From assembly GCF_001949145.1 (NCBI RefSeq), contig NW_019091356.1, positions 2,550,932 to 2,614,931 of the forward strand: DNA of 64,000 nucleotides, read 5' to 3'. The position numbers and the translations under genes were made by a program. This stretch comes from Acanthaster planci. Lineage: Eukaryota. Below are positions 36,459 to 49,700 of the stretch, piece by piece (position 1 is the first letter of the stretch; each line of letters begins with the position of its first letter). The notes beneath the pieces were generated by a model. It saw nothing but the letters and a program-made list of their open reading frames with translations, made no database searches and was not told the origin of the DNA.

Positions 36459-39400
36459 GATCTGGCGTCATGATAATTTGCCTTTCGCTTGTGAGAACAC
36501 GGACCATCATACCTCCATGGCCTTCGTTATATCATACAGCTCAGACTTCAGAGTTGATGACCAACAACAAGCGTAATGGACCAGAAGCGTTTTTTTTTTT
36601 AATTGACGTAAAATACCGAAATGTTAAGAGCATCTTGTGGTGGTCAATATATTTTGCTCAGTTTTGCCATAGGTTGGATTAATTCTCTGCTTAGCAGTTC
36701 ATTGAAATTGAGCCCTGCTCCAAGAACAAACCGGCGATGTCACGCGTCTAAACGAACATATCGAGCCAATCTCTCATCGCGCTCTTTGCTTTACTGTTAG
36801 GAATACGGTTCAATCATTTTGTTCGACCCTCGCCTCCGATAACTTTGCCCTTTCGTTTCGAGTTGATTGAAATCTGCCTATGTATACAATGCATAACACT
36901 TCTTTTTTTCTGTTCTCCTTTCTCCGAACGGAAGGAACCCAAACCTCTCCTAAAGTCCTCTTTACGTGGCAAAGTGTTCCCACAGTAAAGGGCACCTTTA
37001 TCTGGCTTCGGAGTTATAAGTGTTTGCCAAAGATTTCTATTGAACCAATTTTCCCCCTGGAAGCCGGCCGAACAAAAAATCTTCCAAATGGCCAACAGGT
37101 TTGTTTGGAGACTTTTTGTTCACTGAACGAAATTTAAAGGGGGTCCCGAGAATACCCTACAGCAATTATGGGAAACACAAAGAGTATACCAAAACCCGCT
37201 TTTTTTTCTTGGGAAAGGGTGATATTTCAATGATTCCACAAAGTCGGTGGCTAGTTTATTCAAGTCGTATAGTTTGTTATTTTTTGGTACAAATACGCAC
37301 GTTTTATGGCTGTTGATCGTTCTGTGAAAAGTGCTTTATAAATAAGAAAAACCAAAATTCCCTTCGAACAGAATTTCAGAGATTGGATTTATCCTTATAA
37401 GAAACGAAAAAAAGAAATCAAAACGAATTGGTGTAGCTTTATTTAAAATAAAAACTGCTCTATGCAAAACATGCTTGGCTTTTCCAATGCCCCTGTGCAC
37501 AGTGGTTATTTTTCCATGATTTTGCCTTGACTACTACAAGGTTTAATAATTATTTTGAGAACCACGCTTTCTGCTCTCCATTTCCCTTCCAATTTCACAC
37601 TGTTCCAGAAAGCTCAAGACGCGGGAGCGACCTCAACAACATTTTTATCTGCGGTTGTGTATACATTACGATCCCCGATTTGTTTTTCGGTCACAGCCTT
37701 GTAAACAAACTGAAACATAATCGATTCAAACGTCTGCAAGTTCATCGTGCTTTTCAATGTCAGACTCAACACCACCAGGGCCGTCCGCCAGAGAATTGGT
37801 GCCATGTTGAATTTAGTCCGTCTCCTTGTTTTGTCTCATCAGTAAATCCCCATTGGTACATGCTCCCCGTCACGTAAGGTTGATCGCACATAAGCAATGC
37901 TGACACCCATTATTTCAAGCATAAACAGTTGATTTGGAGGTAACCTCAACCACCCAATCCTACCTCGCGGGCCGTTCAAACATTGTCCGTTCACTGATTT
38001 TTTTTATGTAGTTTTGTTGTTCATTCAGAGTGACTCATTTTCACCTGATAATAAATTTGCTGAAATTGGGAATAATGATTTCAAGGTGCGAACATTCCAG
38101 CTTCCCCCGTTTTATGACCTGCTTCGGAGGTTACTCAACCGTCGTATCCTGAGTTAATTCCTGTCACTGGGGGAAGGAAAACTTAGATCACTGCATCGGG
38201 CGGCCGTGCATTTAACTGGAACGTGCGCTCTATACCTATTGGGCCAACATGCTATAACCAAAAATCAACTCGAGAATTCTTAAACAGATACCGATTATGA
38301 AGCTTGGAAATCAGCGTACCATCCCATCCAACAAGTTTTGTTGTTATCCTTTTGTTGTGTTTCTATCTCATTTTGGGTGTCTGTTTTCATTGCATCGTGC
38401 ATGTGATTGAAATTGGATGACAAACAAGCCACTGGTTTTAAGCATGAACCAAATTGAACGTTGCTCGTTGTTCTTTCTTTTGAATGAGCAACCATCACAC
38501 ATACAGCTGCACAATAATATTAGTAAAAAAAACACAAAACAAACAAACAAAACAAATAAACAAAAATCAATGTGATTTGTCAATGCAGGATGAATGAGCT
38601 TCAAATCCTGTTTCTGATTGGCTGGTACTGGCTCTTTGACATCCGTAAATCCAGACAGACAGCCGTAGGGCCTAGATCCAGACAGAATTTTATGTTCATG
38701 TAAGAGATTTTCCAATTTTTGTTTTTCTGGCACGTTTGAAAATCTCCAAGGCAACACTGAAGATGATGACTTGATTTGAGCATTTGTTATTACCGACTAA
38801 TAAGTGTTAGAAAATATAATGAATGCTTTGTTGGTGTACTTTTTCGACGGCCTTGAGCACTAAAGGTGTTTGGTGTCATCTCATCCCATGATGCAATGCG
38901 GAAGTCAAAAAAAAATCATTGATGAGGTGGCAAACATTTTCCAAACTTTCTCGGTCATTTACCCTGAAAAACACCAGCCCTTTCCCCCAACCAGCTGAAC
39001 TTTTCGTCTCCTTAACTTTTTTTCCCCGCTCTTTCTTTTCAGATAGCAGATCCCCATCAGGGTCTTGGCGGGTTTTCATTGGCCCCGTCAGAACTGGGGA
39101 AAGAGGCCGACTTTGGCTCACGGGGCCTCCGTATCGTCCAAACTGAGACCCAATTGAGATGTTACACGATTAGGAAACTGTTTGCCTGCGGACCCCCTTA
39201 CTCCACCACCACCACCTCTTGACAAAAGGGGGGGGGCCGACAAGAAACTGAGTCGCATGCGTTGCCTCAGTCAGCCCGGGGGTGATTCCCGGCACACAAG
39301 CTGATCATGTTCGGGGTAAACATACTTCTCTTTGGAATGATTTAAATCTCCGGACAGGGTATATAAGCTCAAAGGGGGTTCAAAGACCCAACCTTTCATT

Positions 39401-40585
39401 CTGTGGGTCCGACAACGGGACTGACATTTTTCGCGCGACTTTTTTTTTTTTTTTTTTGCGTGGCATATTCCTCAGAGGTGTCACAAAATATACCGGTACA
39501 AAAGTTCGCAAACCCATTTTTACGAGATATTAACCTCCATTTTCCGATCAGTGTTACTGATTGCAGTGTGATCGTTTTATAGAGTTAAACCCGCTTGATC
39601 CTTTTTTTTTTCTCGGTTGCCTTTGAATCCCAACCGACGGTGAATTGAACCCAAGAATAAAGTGGCCGATTTATCCACGGACAGTGTATACCGCAAGTGG
39701 AGAAAAAGGTCGGTCTGCGTACCGCGACCGACACCGCCCAGGCCGTGCACTGGGCGTTCCGCAGGGGAGCGAGGGGGCAAAGAGGGCCAACGACCCGTTG
39801 TCCTCTTGGAGCTCGTCCAATAAACTCCGTTTGCAAACTTCCTGTAATTTTGTTTTCTTTATTGCCACTGGAGTAGATACACAGACCAATCTGGGCTCAC
39901 GAACCTACTCAGCAGCTTTTCAATTTTGTACGTGTGCGACTCATAAAAGACACAGGAGAGTCAGCGTGGTTCACACTCCCCATTCAGTAAGATTTATGAG
40001 CAGACTGCCCTGAATCCAGCTTAATTTGACAAACAGTGAGACACCTGTTCACTGAACCTTTACAGAGACTATTAGAGGCGATCCACGTTCCGTCTGCTGC
40101 AGAGTTCAAAAAGGTATTTAAATACGTTCAAATAAAAAACATCAATCCAGTGTTTCCTTGTCTTCAAGCAACTGATTGGAAAATTTTTATCGAGCTCAAG
40201 ATTGCTGGAATTATAGCTTAAGTGTCCAAAAAACAAAGACAAAAGGTGTGCACGTATTTTCCGAAGCACATGGAAGAAATAACATAGGCTGAACATATAT
40301 ACTCTCTTATAAAACTGGAATCCCTCTTATGGCTCCTGAAGTCTATAAAAACTGTGGAAGTTTATAGCTGTAAAATACTCTCACGGGACGCCAACTTTAC
40401 TCCAAAAAAGTTCAAAAATCACCAGACAAGAGCTGCCCTTGTCATCGCTCCTCAGTAGAGTAGTTCTGCTTTGACCAGAAGCCCATTTTGTTCGCATCCT
40501 GGAACTTGGCAAAACTCAGACTCAGAATCTAATGTTCCAGGGCAAGGCCCTGGGAGAAGCATATATTCCGGAGGAGGGACCCTTC

Positions 40586-40781
40586 CAAGGGCGTCGCCAG
40601 GATATTTTCGGGGAGGGGGCAACCACTAATTCCAGGGATTAACAATTAACAGTGGGAGGGATCTCTTTTTTTTTTCAAGTACATTGTTTCCATTCCCTTT
40701 TAAAAAATTTCTTTCTTTCTCCAACCACCCCCATTTTTTTAATCTTCCATTTTCCCCCGGGATGGGGGGGGGGCGCCCATT
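40586..40781. mobile_element. hAT-like MITE related to 36239-36458
   Basis: CAAGGGCGTCGCCA...GGGCGCCCATT; TSD GACCCTTC / GGCCCTTC. Confidence 0.65.
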
Positions 40782-42364
40782 GGCCCTTCACATACACGTA
40801 GGGACTGTAGAATAGACCCACAAAACGTACACGTCTCTTCAGTATGTTTGCAATTTTAGTGGGATTCTCAGACACCCGCTGTGAGGTGAAACCACGGCAC
40901 TGGTGTCAATCGGGGATTATTTTTATGCGGGCAACAACCGCGTGACAGAGCCAGTAAAAAATTAATTCGGAAATGCCATTAAAAAAAAAATCTCTAAACT
41001 GGGTCAACGCATAACATTATCGGTTTCTTCGGGTGAATGCTCGATGACTTGCCGGCAAGGCATGGTGGACTTCGCTTCCTGGAGATAAGTTCTCGTCAGC
41101 CGTGCGTCACACGGTACACAAGGGTGCCTTGATATGTGCCTTTCGTTTCCATAATACTACTGAGAGAAACATCCGTAAATGGGTCTGTCACCTCTCCGAC
41201 CCCCACTAACTGGGCGGTGCTCGTTTACTTCTACCCTTAGGACTTGTATTGCAACTATACACTATTGGTGAATATACACTTTTTAATAGTCAGACTTGCT
41301 CATGTCGTTTCCGTCAGCATCAGGCCTAACAAGAACAGATTCTTTGCGGCAATCAGGGGTGAACGTCCGGGGTTGCCCACTGCCACCAAGTTCCTCGGGC
41401 AACGAGAATAATACATCGGCGTTGTTAATGGCCCACAAAAGACCATTACTGCAAATCAAAGCAAAACCCTAAACACAATTCGAGCAATTCGAAGGCTAAC
41501 AAATCAACCTGACCCGGACCACCGCCGGGTTAATTTTTAATCCTTTAGCGACGTGCAACGGGGTTGGAACCAACAAAGATCTCTGGGCCTTTTTCTCCCA
41601 TGCTTTTGAAAGATTTGTCCCAACAGCTAGACTTGGGAATCTAGTTTCATATCACCGGTTTTAAAGGCCGAGAAAGAAAAGTAACATTTTGATGAATGTT
41701 ACCCACTGTCACTTTCTTTCCAAACACGCGTGCGTCACCCTGGATTACTGGAATAATGCGTCACTGCATACCCGAAATAGACTCAACAGGAGGTTGTCCC
41801 GACTATATTTTAGTAAGAAAATACGAGCCCCAACGCAACACAAGTCCCAGTGGTTTTCAGGAAGAGTGTTGCTGGTTCTGTCTACAGGTTTAATAAGGTT
41901 CACCTCCTCCAGATCAGTTCGGCACGACCTCAGTCAGATTTATATTTGCTCTACTTTTGACATCTGTTTCATATCCGTTACATTTTCGAGTAAATCTTAC
42001 CCTATCCGAATAGTGCAAGATAGACGCCCTCTTGGAAAAAGATTGTTTCTAATTTTGCGAAAAGGAACAGTTGCGTGGCTTGGCCATTTTCCTTTCGTCA
42101 GTCAGCGGTGTGGAACGACCAGAGTTGTAATTCGTGCGGCACCACTTGCATTCCAAGAAAACAAAATTATCAGGAATGAAGGAAACGCAAAAATAAGATT
42201 CAGCAAGGGCCAGGTTGATCCTATGGTAGAGTTCCTAGTCCACCCTAGCACGACCCACACCGCAAAAACCACAGGAATTCTGCATAACAGCAACAAGCTC
42301 GTCAATGTTTACAAGGAAATGACCACTTGAAAACACACCAACCTCAGACGTTTCGGCAGAATAC

Positions 42365-42370
42365 TTTATT
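42365..42370 (-). terminator. Candidate polyadenylation signal of POFUT2
   Basis: AATAAA on minus at the end of an AU-rich stretch about 1.4 kb downstream of the stop. Other AATAAA sites lie closer to the stop (e.g. near 43380 and 43440). Confidence 0.4.
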
Positions 42371-43202
42371 TCCAGATACCACCCCCCCCCAATTCTTTAG
42401 TATTGTCTTATGATTTAAAAAATGTGGAAGATCTTGACATATAGTTTACACTGAACACAACACTTGGAAATTACTAGAACGTATACAAAAATATTTAGGA
42501 AATGGACGCGTTAAATATATCAACCTGTACAGTAGGCAAAAACTTTTATGTGCACAAAAGTAGAGACTTTAAATAAACAAGCACATTTATCACTAACCTC
42601 AGCGAATAGAAATGACATTAAACACCCTGCCGTTTTTTTATTACACTAAAAGAAAACAGCCACAGTCCATCTTAAATTGGCAAGTATTTCGTTACTTGGT
42701 GCATTTTTGTTCTTCAAAATCTGATACCATTAAGTACGAGCACAAGTAAACTTACAAAAAAAATTGAAAATTTAAGAATAAAAATGTGTTCACAAGTTTA
42801 AGTCTTCAGAAGAGACAGCTTGCAGATTACTAAAGTGCAAAAGAAGCAAGCAATTCAAGAGAATAAAAGTGGATTATTCAAGAAGATATCTGCTTTTAGT
42901 TTTAATGGCATCATTTGGATAACACCATGAACCCACAATCCTTTGCGTTGTGGGTATCAAGTGACAAATGGCAAGCAAATTTTAGTGACTGTCACTTCAA
43001 CAAGCATCAATTTCTTACATAAATCTAGCCTCAATCTGACACTAAAATAGGAAAGCACCATAGTGTAAAGAAAGTATTTATATAAAAGAATTCACTTAAA
43101 ATGATAAGCCTTTTGCGAGTTAGATTTGAATAAAATCTGGCGTACTGAGATTTTTGAATTCACGTAAACATAACAGTTAGAGTTCTGCATACAGTACTTA
43201 GA

Positions 43203-43375
43203 TACTGTTGCTATACCTCGTAATTCGGGGCAAGCTTTTGCTTAGTATATCAGAGATGCCTTGCACCAATACACTGTTTTCAATGGACAAGAAGGGCACA
43301 AAGGAACCAGTCCATTCCAGAGATGGTGGTCACTAAGCAAAAGTTTGCCCGAATCACGAGGTTAAAGCAACAGTG
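43203..43375. mobile_element. Hairpin MITE downstream of the POFUT2 stop
   Basis: ~44-bp inverted repeats: ACTGTTGCTATACCTCGTAATTCGGGGCAAGCTTTTGCTTAGT versus ACTGTTGCTTTAACCTCGTGATTCGGGCAAACTTTTGCTTAGT (reverse complement). Confidence 0.8.
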
Positions 43376-43792
43376 ACTTTATTCTGGGGAATTCAAATTG
43401 CTATGTTTGCGTGAAATCAGATAACTCAGTGCACCAGATTTTATTCAAATTTAATTTGCAAATGGCCTATTTAAGCCTAGACGCCTCAAACCTCTTTTCA
43501 TAGCTCATGTTTACTTTGTAGCCGGGTTCATCTCCAGTTTTGCAAGTAGTTGCAAGGGGTTGACAATCGACACCATGTAAAAACACCCCGAAATTTGGGG
43601 CCAAATTTAAAGAGCGAGTAGAGTTGCCCGAGCAGCAGATTCAGTTCCCTGGAGCTGCTGGGCCTAAGCCTCTTGGACTAAAGTTTATAGAACTGAAGTC
43701 TGCAGAAACACTCAGACAGGAGGCCGCAATTTGAGACAAATTCTAAAGGCGTAAGTTGAAAACTCAAAATAATACTGAAGGTGGAAGTGTCA

Positions 43793-46700
43793 TCAATGGT
43801 AGACTACCTTCCAGACGGAGGGTTGTTCGCAGTTCGATGATTCCCCGTCTCCGCAGAAGCGGTTGTACGTCATCTTGGGGTCAAAGCCAAGGATCTGTCT
43901 CTCCTCGTGGATGCGGAAGGAGAACGTAGACACGCCTGTCCCAATGAAATACCTGAGGCAATGGGGGGGGGGTGAGTAGAGGTTACCATTTCGATTGAGA
44001 ATGAGAACCGGTGTATTTTAACCATGACAATATATGAGTGATTCACAAATTATTACTGAGTGTCTACCTCGAAAAAATTTTTTTTTTCTTTTTTTTCAAA
44101 TTTCACATCTCGCACATGCTAGCATCTATTATCAATTGAATATGGGCAGGATGAAATGTACAAATATTGGAAGGGATTAAACAATATTTGGGACAATTTC
44201 GCGGAGAAAATGGACGCTTTGAACCCATCATTTGCAGTAATAGGTTAATTATGTTTTAGCCTTCAAAGATGGGTCTGTGCTGACCTAGCATGGGCGCATA
44301 TCCACTGGTCTATGATGGCTACCCCGCCGTCTTTGAAGTTCTCCAGGATGCCTTTAGGAGGCAAGTAGTTGTACACCCGGTAGTCTTGGAGATGCCTTTT
44401 GAGTTCCTCAATTTCTGCGAGGCATTGAGAACAATGGAGTCATGAGACACTGGTCAGCTGGACGAAAAGAAGGAAAGTACTCATCCCGTCGGAAGACACT
44501 TCTCGTAGGGAAAAGGAAAATCACCACTGCATGTTGCAATATTGGTGATCGATTTCCACCTCTTATCATGAAAATCTCTAATGACCTATAGTTCCCTGAG
44601 GACGGCTGCGGTCCACTGGCCAAAACATTCACAAGACATTTGATTCAATGTGTGGACTCCTGTGCCTTCGGACACAATATTACCACCGGTGGAAAATGCT
44701 CCTTTAAATATGTGGGTGGTTAGGGGTCAAATTTCTTTTTGCGTATCCCTATTACATCAGACAAAAGGTTTCTCAATAATTATCTATGACTGCAAATGAC
44801 ACGCCAAATAAATAAAAATAGTTTTAAATCAATATCCATAATACTTCCATGTCAAATTACAAAGGTCAAGTGTAACGGGGAAAGAAGTAACATGTTCAGG
44901 CCCTATATTTGAGGAATGACCAATATGATACAACAAAGCTATGTGGACACAAATTTGTCCTCAAGATGAAATGTTGGACCTATGCTTGAAAACTCCTTTT
45001 TTTTGTCATTTGACAAACGTCTTTACAAGCGTGTTCAAAGATGACAGTTACCTACCATGTTTTGGTGCATCTGTAGCTATGAAAACCTTCTGGAGTTTGT
45101 GCTTTTTAAGGGCAGCCGTGATTTGTTCCGCAGCGCTCTGAAGCGACGGCACATCTTTCCTGTTGCCACGGGCGTAGTCCTCTCTTCGCAGGTGGGCAGC
45201 AAGGTAGGGCCCGCCGACAGCAGAGCCTGGCTTTCTCTGTCAAAGTCACAGGGGAATGTTTGTTTTCCCCCGGGAGCAGTGTCTTTTACTTACTTTTACT
45301 TGAACAGGAAATAAATTAAATGTGACCCCTGTGCAAGGCTGAAATCCAGTCTCCCGCAACGTCATTCACAAGTCATCCGGTCCTGTGTCACGTAACTGAT
45401 TATTTTAAATTAGCTGCAAAGAAAGGTGCTTCTTTAGGACCATTAATTGTGTAACTCGGTGACGGAGCTTGTGATTTGACTCGTGATAAACTGGACTGCA
45501 ACGCCAATCTTGTGCATCATCTTAGAGGGTGCTACAAAGCGAAGTCAAGAGAACCAAACAGTCTTCTGTTCCCACGCATCCTGAGTGTGTGCAACTGTAG
45601 CCTTTTAACCCCACAACTCCCTGACCTTGACAGTGCACCAGGAGGTTTGATGAGGACTTGAGAAGCCTAAGGAAGGTTGAGGCAGCTAATATGACTTACA
45701 GGGAGCTTGAAGGACCCTTGACAGATAACTGTCCTCAGTTTGCCATGACTTTTCTAGACAGTGATGGGCTCAAGAGAAGTTGGGAAAGGTCTTGGCAAAA
45801 AAGTTCCTGGGATGTTGGAAATGATGTCCAGTCTATAAATGTCAATTATGCAAGATGGCCGGTGCGTGATGGAAATTGATGCCGAGGCAGTAACATATTT
45901 CATCATCAATAACGTATTTTGTACAGGCTCCTCAAACTAAAGACATATTGGGATGGGTGGGTGTCAAGTTGACCCCCACACACAAGTTGGCGATTGCTGT
46001 TTGACAAAACTGAGAAAGCCAGGGCACTTGAAGCAGTACTAGCCCCTTTTGTTTGGAGGGGGCAAATTCGTTTTCAAATGAACAATTCTGGACAACTCTT
46101 TCAAAACAAACAATCCACATTTTGCCCACCCCCCTACTGAACCCTGGATGAGCCCCTGCTTCACGTCGCTTATAATTAAAGGCTCACTAACCTCCATGTC
46201 TCTCCAGTCTTCCAACAAGACGGTCTTGTCTTTCTTGTCCGTTGAATCCAGGTGACTTTCTCGGAACTGATTGCCAATGTCCCGCAGGTGTTTGGCAAAT
46301 CGCATAGACCGCCTCGCCTATGAGCGGGGGAAAAACACAAACAAACTCACATAGCAACTCCCAGCATCTGTCAGGAATGAGTCAGTTGTGGTCAAGTTTA
46401 CCCTGTTCCACAAATTTAGACCAAGAAAACAAAACAATCCATAACACCCACAGCCCACTGTGCTTTACGTTGTTGTTTGGGGAGTCAGGTTGGCAGGGTA
46501 GTTCTTTCCTTGCCTTCCACCTCTGTGGTCCCGGGTTCGAATCCCAGCCCGGTCCACATGTGGATTGGGTTTTCAGTCCCTACCTGACTCTGTGGGTTTT
46601 ACCCAGAATATTCCTCTGGGGTTTTCCTCCCACCTCTAAAACTGTCACTGCTTCTTACTGTCTCCCCTTTACTGATGTTGGTGAATGTGGGTCGTTTGGC

Positions 46701-49700
46701 GGCTGCCCGAGGCACCCTTGTATGCCATCGGGTCAACCATGTTTAAATGTATTTATTGTTCCATGCTTAATGTCTTCATTGTACAGCGCATTTGAACATA
46801 TCCATATGAAATTTGCGCTATTATTATTATATTATTATCATGGGGTAATCTGATAACAAAAGAGGTTCACCCCAAGTAGACTTTGAGGATATTCTATGGA
46901 CATGATGTTTTCCTCTCAAAAAAACAGAGGAGGCATGTGGGGGTTAGAGTTATCAGTTACAGAATGAGGCAGAGTAACCAAGAAAATCATCCAAAAATCC
47001 TGCTTGAAGGACAGTTAATAGTGAGGGGAAAAGAGCATTTTCTCAGGGTTCCAACAACTGGGCAACAAAGGAATTCCCACACCAGATGGGTAAGACGGAT
47101 ATGTGTGCAGCACTGAAATTCCATGCCGAATGTTCAAAGCATGTGTATCCTTGGTGAATGCATAACCGCGACTGTCATTGGTCAAAACAGAGTGGGGCAT
47201 GGCTTCAGGGATTGGTCAGCTGAGGGCTGGAATGTCCCAGAGACGTGGCTTCAGCAGATTATTTCATAGGCCTGAGGAGCAGGGGTAATAGTGATGTGCT
47301 AGAGTGTGTGCTGATGTACATGAGTGATCGGCCAAGGTTTTTCTTGTACAATGGAAAGTACACCTGCAGTTGGAAAAGGCTGGCCGTTGAGCTAATTCCC
47401 CACATAGAGGCTTTGCATGGTAGCCATCTTGCAGGGCAGTTCTTTTGTTCCACAGGGAAACCTCCTTTATGCATACCCTGTGGAACAAAAAGCACCAGCC
47501 AACAAGATGGCAGCCATGCAAACCCTCTATTCCAACATAAGTGAAAATGATGCGCAAGGGGTGAAGTACATGCATAATAATCAGACTGACTTGTTGAACC
47601 CAAAGAAAGCAACAATTTGTAACAATTGGCTCTTCCCCATTCTTGGCATCTCTCCAACTTGTTGTGGCCATTCTCCAAAATAAAGTCAATAAAGCTTCTT
47701 CAGCTCAACCTCAATAAATCAGCTTTTACATCGGAGAATATGAAAATAGGTTCGATCAACATGACTAATTTTCAAAACCAACTTCATGACCAAATTAAGA
47801 ACATCAGCAAATTTTGAAGCATAAGTAACAGTTGAAACTTTGCATGGCGGAGGCTAGACTGAGGGAAGGTTTGTGGGTACATCACATGAAATCAATCTCT
47901 TCTTTGACAATGGTGGTTCAGAAAAGAACCAGTGAGTGTCAACTCGACAAATCAAGCAGCAGGGCTCAGGATGACCACAGCATCCTGGTCGAAACATTGA
48001 GTTGACACTCACCAGTTCTCCTCAGAGCCACCCTCTCATAGAAGAGATAGATTCCACACTGTGTACCCGCAAACTTTCTCTCAATTTTGAAGGATGGCCA
48101 CTTACGTTCCAGTACTGCACCTGCCCATAGTAATCGTGCAGTATTTCTTCCCCACGATCAACAAACACAGATCTGAGAACAAGGAAAAAATGAATACCAC
48201 CAGGGAGAACCCAAAAAGTTACTAAGAAGAAAGAAAGAACCACGCTGGTGCGGCCACATCCACTACAAAGTTCATTTGAGCCTGTTTTACACAGCTACTG
48301 AGTGACCACAGCAATGTGGTAAACATGGAAAATATTTGCTTAGTTACTTGGTTACCAGCCGAGGTGCCACAGGATGTGTATTGCTTTTTGACTGGTACCC
48401 TGATGATATTTTCTTGGTGCATGAGTTTGCTAAACAGTACTTTCCCAAACGTTGTATGGGAGTGGTGGCTCCAACGAAGGCAAGACAAAAACATGGCTTG
48501 AGAGCCACGGTCTTGGGCAAAACATTATTTTTCTGTTAATTAACAGAAAGGGGAGAGTAGTGGGGGATATTCATTCCCAACTCAAACTGGGAGAACAAGT
48601 TTATCTTGAAGCAAACTTGATTACTCAAGAAAAGGGGAATGCTCAAATATTTTTGTCCAAGACCGCAGCTGTGCAAACAGATGTCAACTTACAGCCCAGT
48701 AGGTGGCATCACCAAATCGGTCATGGAGAAGTTTCTCAGCCCTATCTACAAAGACAGACCTAGGCACAAACAAAGGGTTCATCCTTGAGCTTACTTCAGG
48801 CACTCTGTATCCCCTAGACATACTTCATTACATCGGGATGATCTGCAGAGTTTCTCTGCGCTCAATGTGATCGCCAGATTCTTTTATTTTTTCAGAATCT
48901 TAAAAAAATGACTGGCACTATTACTTCACGTGAAAACACTGAAGTGCACTGGTGACTGTAAAACAGTGCAGCGAATGATGGAATGCATGAAAAACTGCAC
49001 TGATAACAAGTCTTTCTGCACTGTACTTCATGTGACGACATAATGGGTTTGTGCTCATCGAGTTGAAAATTGGTTGTGCATTATCTGCACAATCCACTTA
49101 TGTGTGAACACTGCCCTTGGCTCAGTGTGATTAAAAAATGCTCATGAGCAAATCTATTTCAAACAAAAAGAAGTTTGCAGAACAATTCAGAAAGCAACAA
49201 CCAAGAAACTGGAAAATTTAATGAAATTGCCTGGAATATTTTTTTATGTCTGCTGAGAGCCCAACTAGGAATCATTCAAACTCCCTCTCTATGGAGAATG
49301 TAATGGTGCATCCTTACAACATTCATATTTTTCAATATGCTTCTAGCAATTGTCGTTGTGCTGAATTTTTCTCAAGCCTTCAAAATACTCCCAACCCACT
49401 GATGGATTCTAATGGACCTGTAACTCCTGGCAGATGGTGTTATTCTTGGCAGAAAATTCTGACCTTCAAAAAAAGGCAAGACGAAGCAACCAACTTTTGA
49501 TATACAGGTACAGTCAAACGCCACAAATATTGATTTGCGAGTGTCCCTTGAAAAATATTTGTACGATAATTCTACTGCAGCCTCATATTTGTCAGCACTC
49601 TGGGACAATCCCGTGGCGCGATATTTGTGACGATAACAGGTCACGCGACAGTGGCCAAGTTCAGTGCACAGTCCACCTCTACAAACTTCCCAGGCTTTGG

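Noticed and set aside
41689..42330. 213-aa plus-strand ORF
   Set aside because: Composition is typical of translated non-coding DNA, with no domain and no codon bias like the real exons.
42340..42362. Hammerhead 3' half (GCCGAAACGTC on minus)
   Set aside because: No CUGAnGA box or stem II partner upstream.
45450..45880. Coding-like stretch in a POFUT2 intron
   Set aside because: Possibly a transposon remnant, but I cannot assign a family or find termini.
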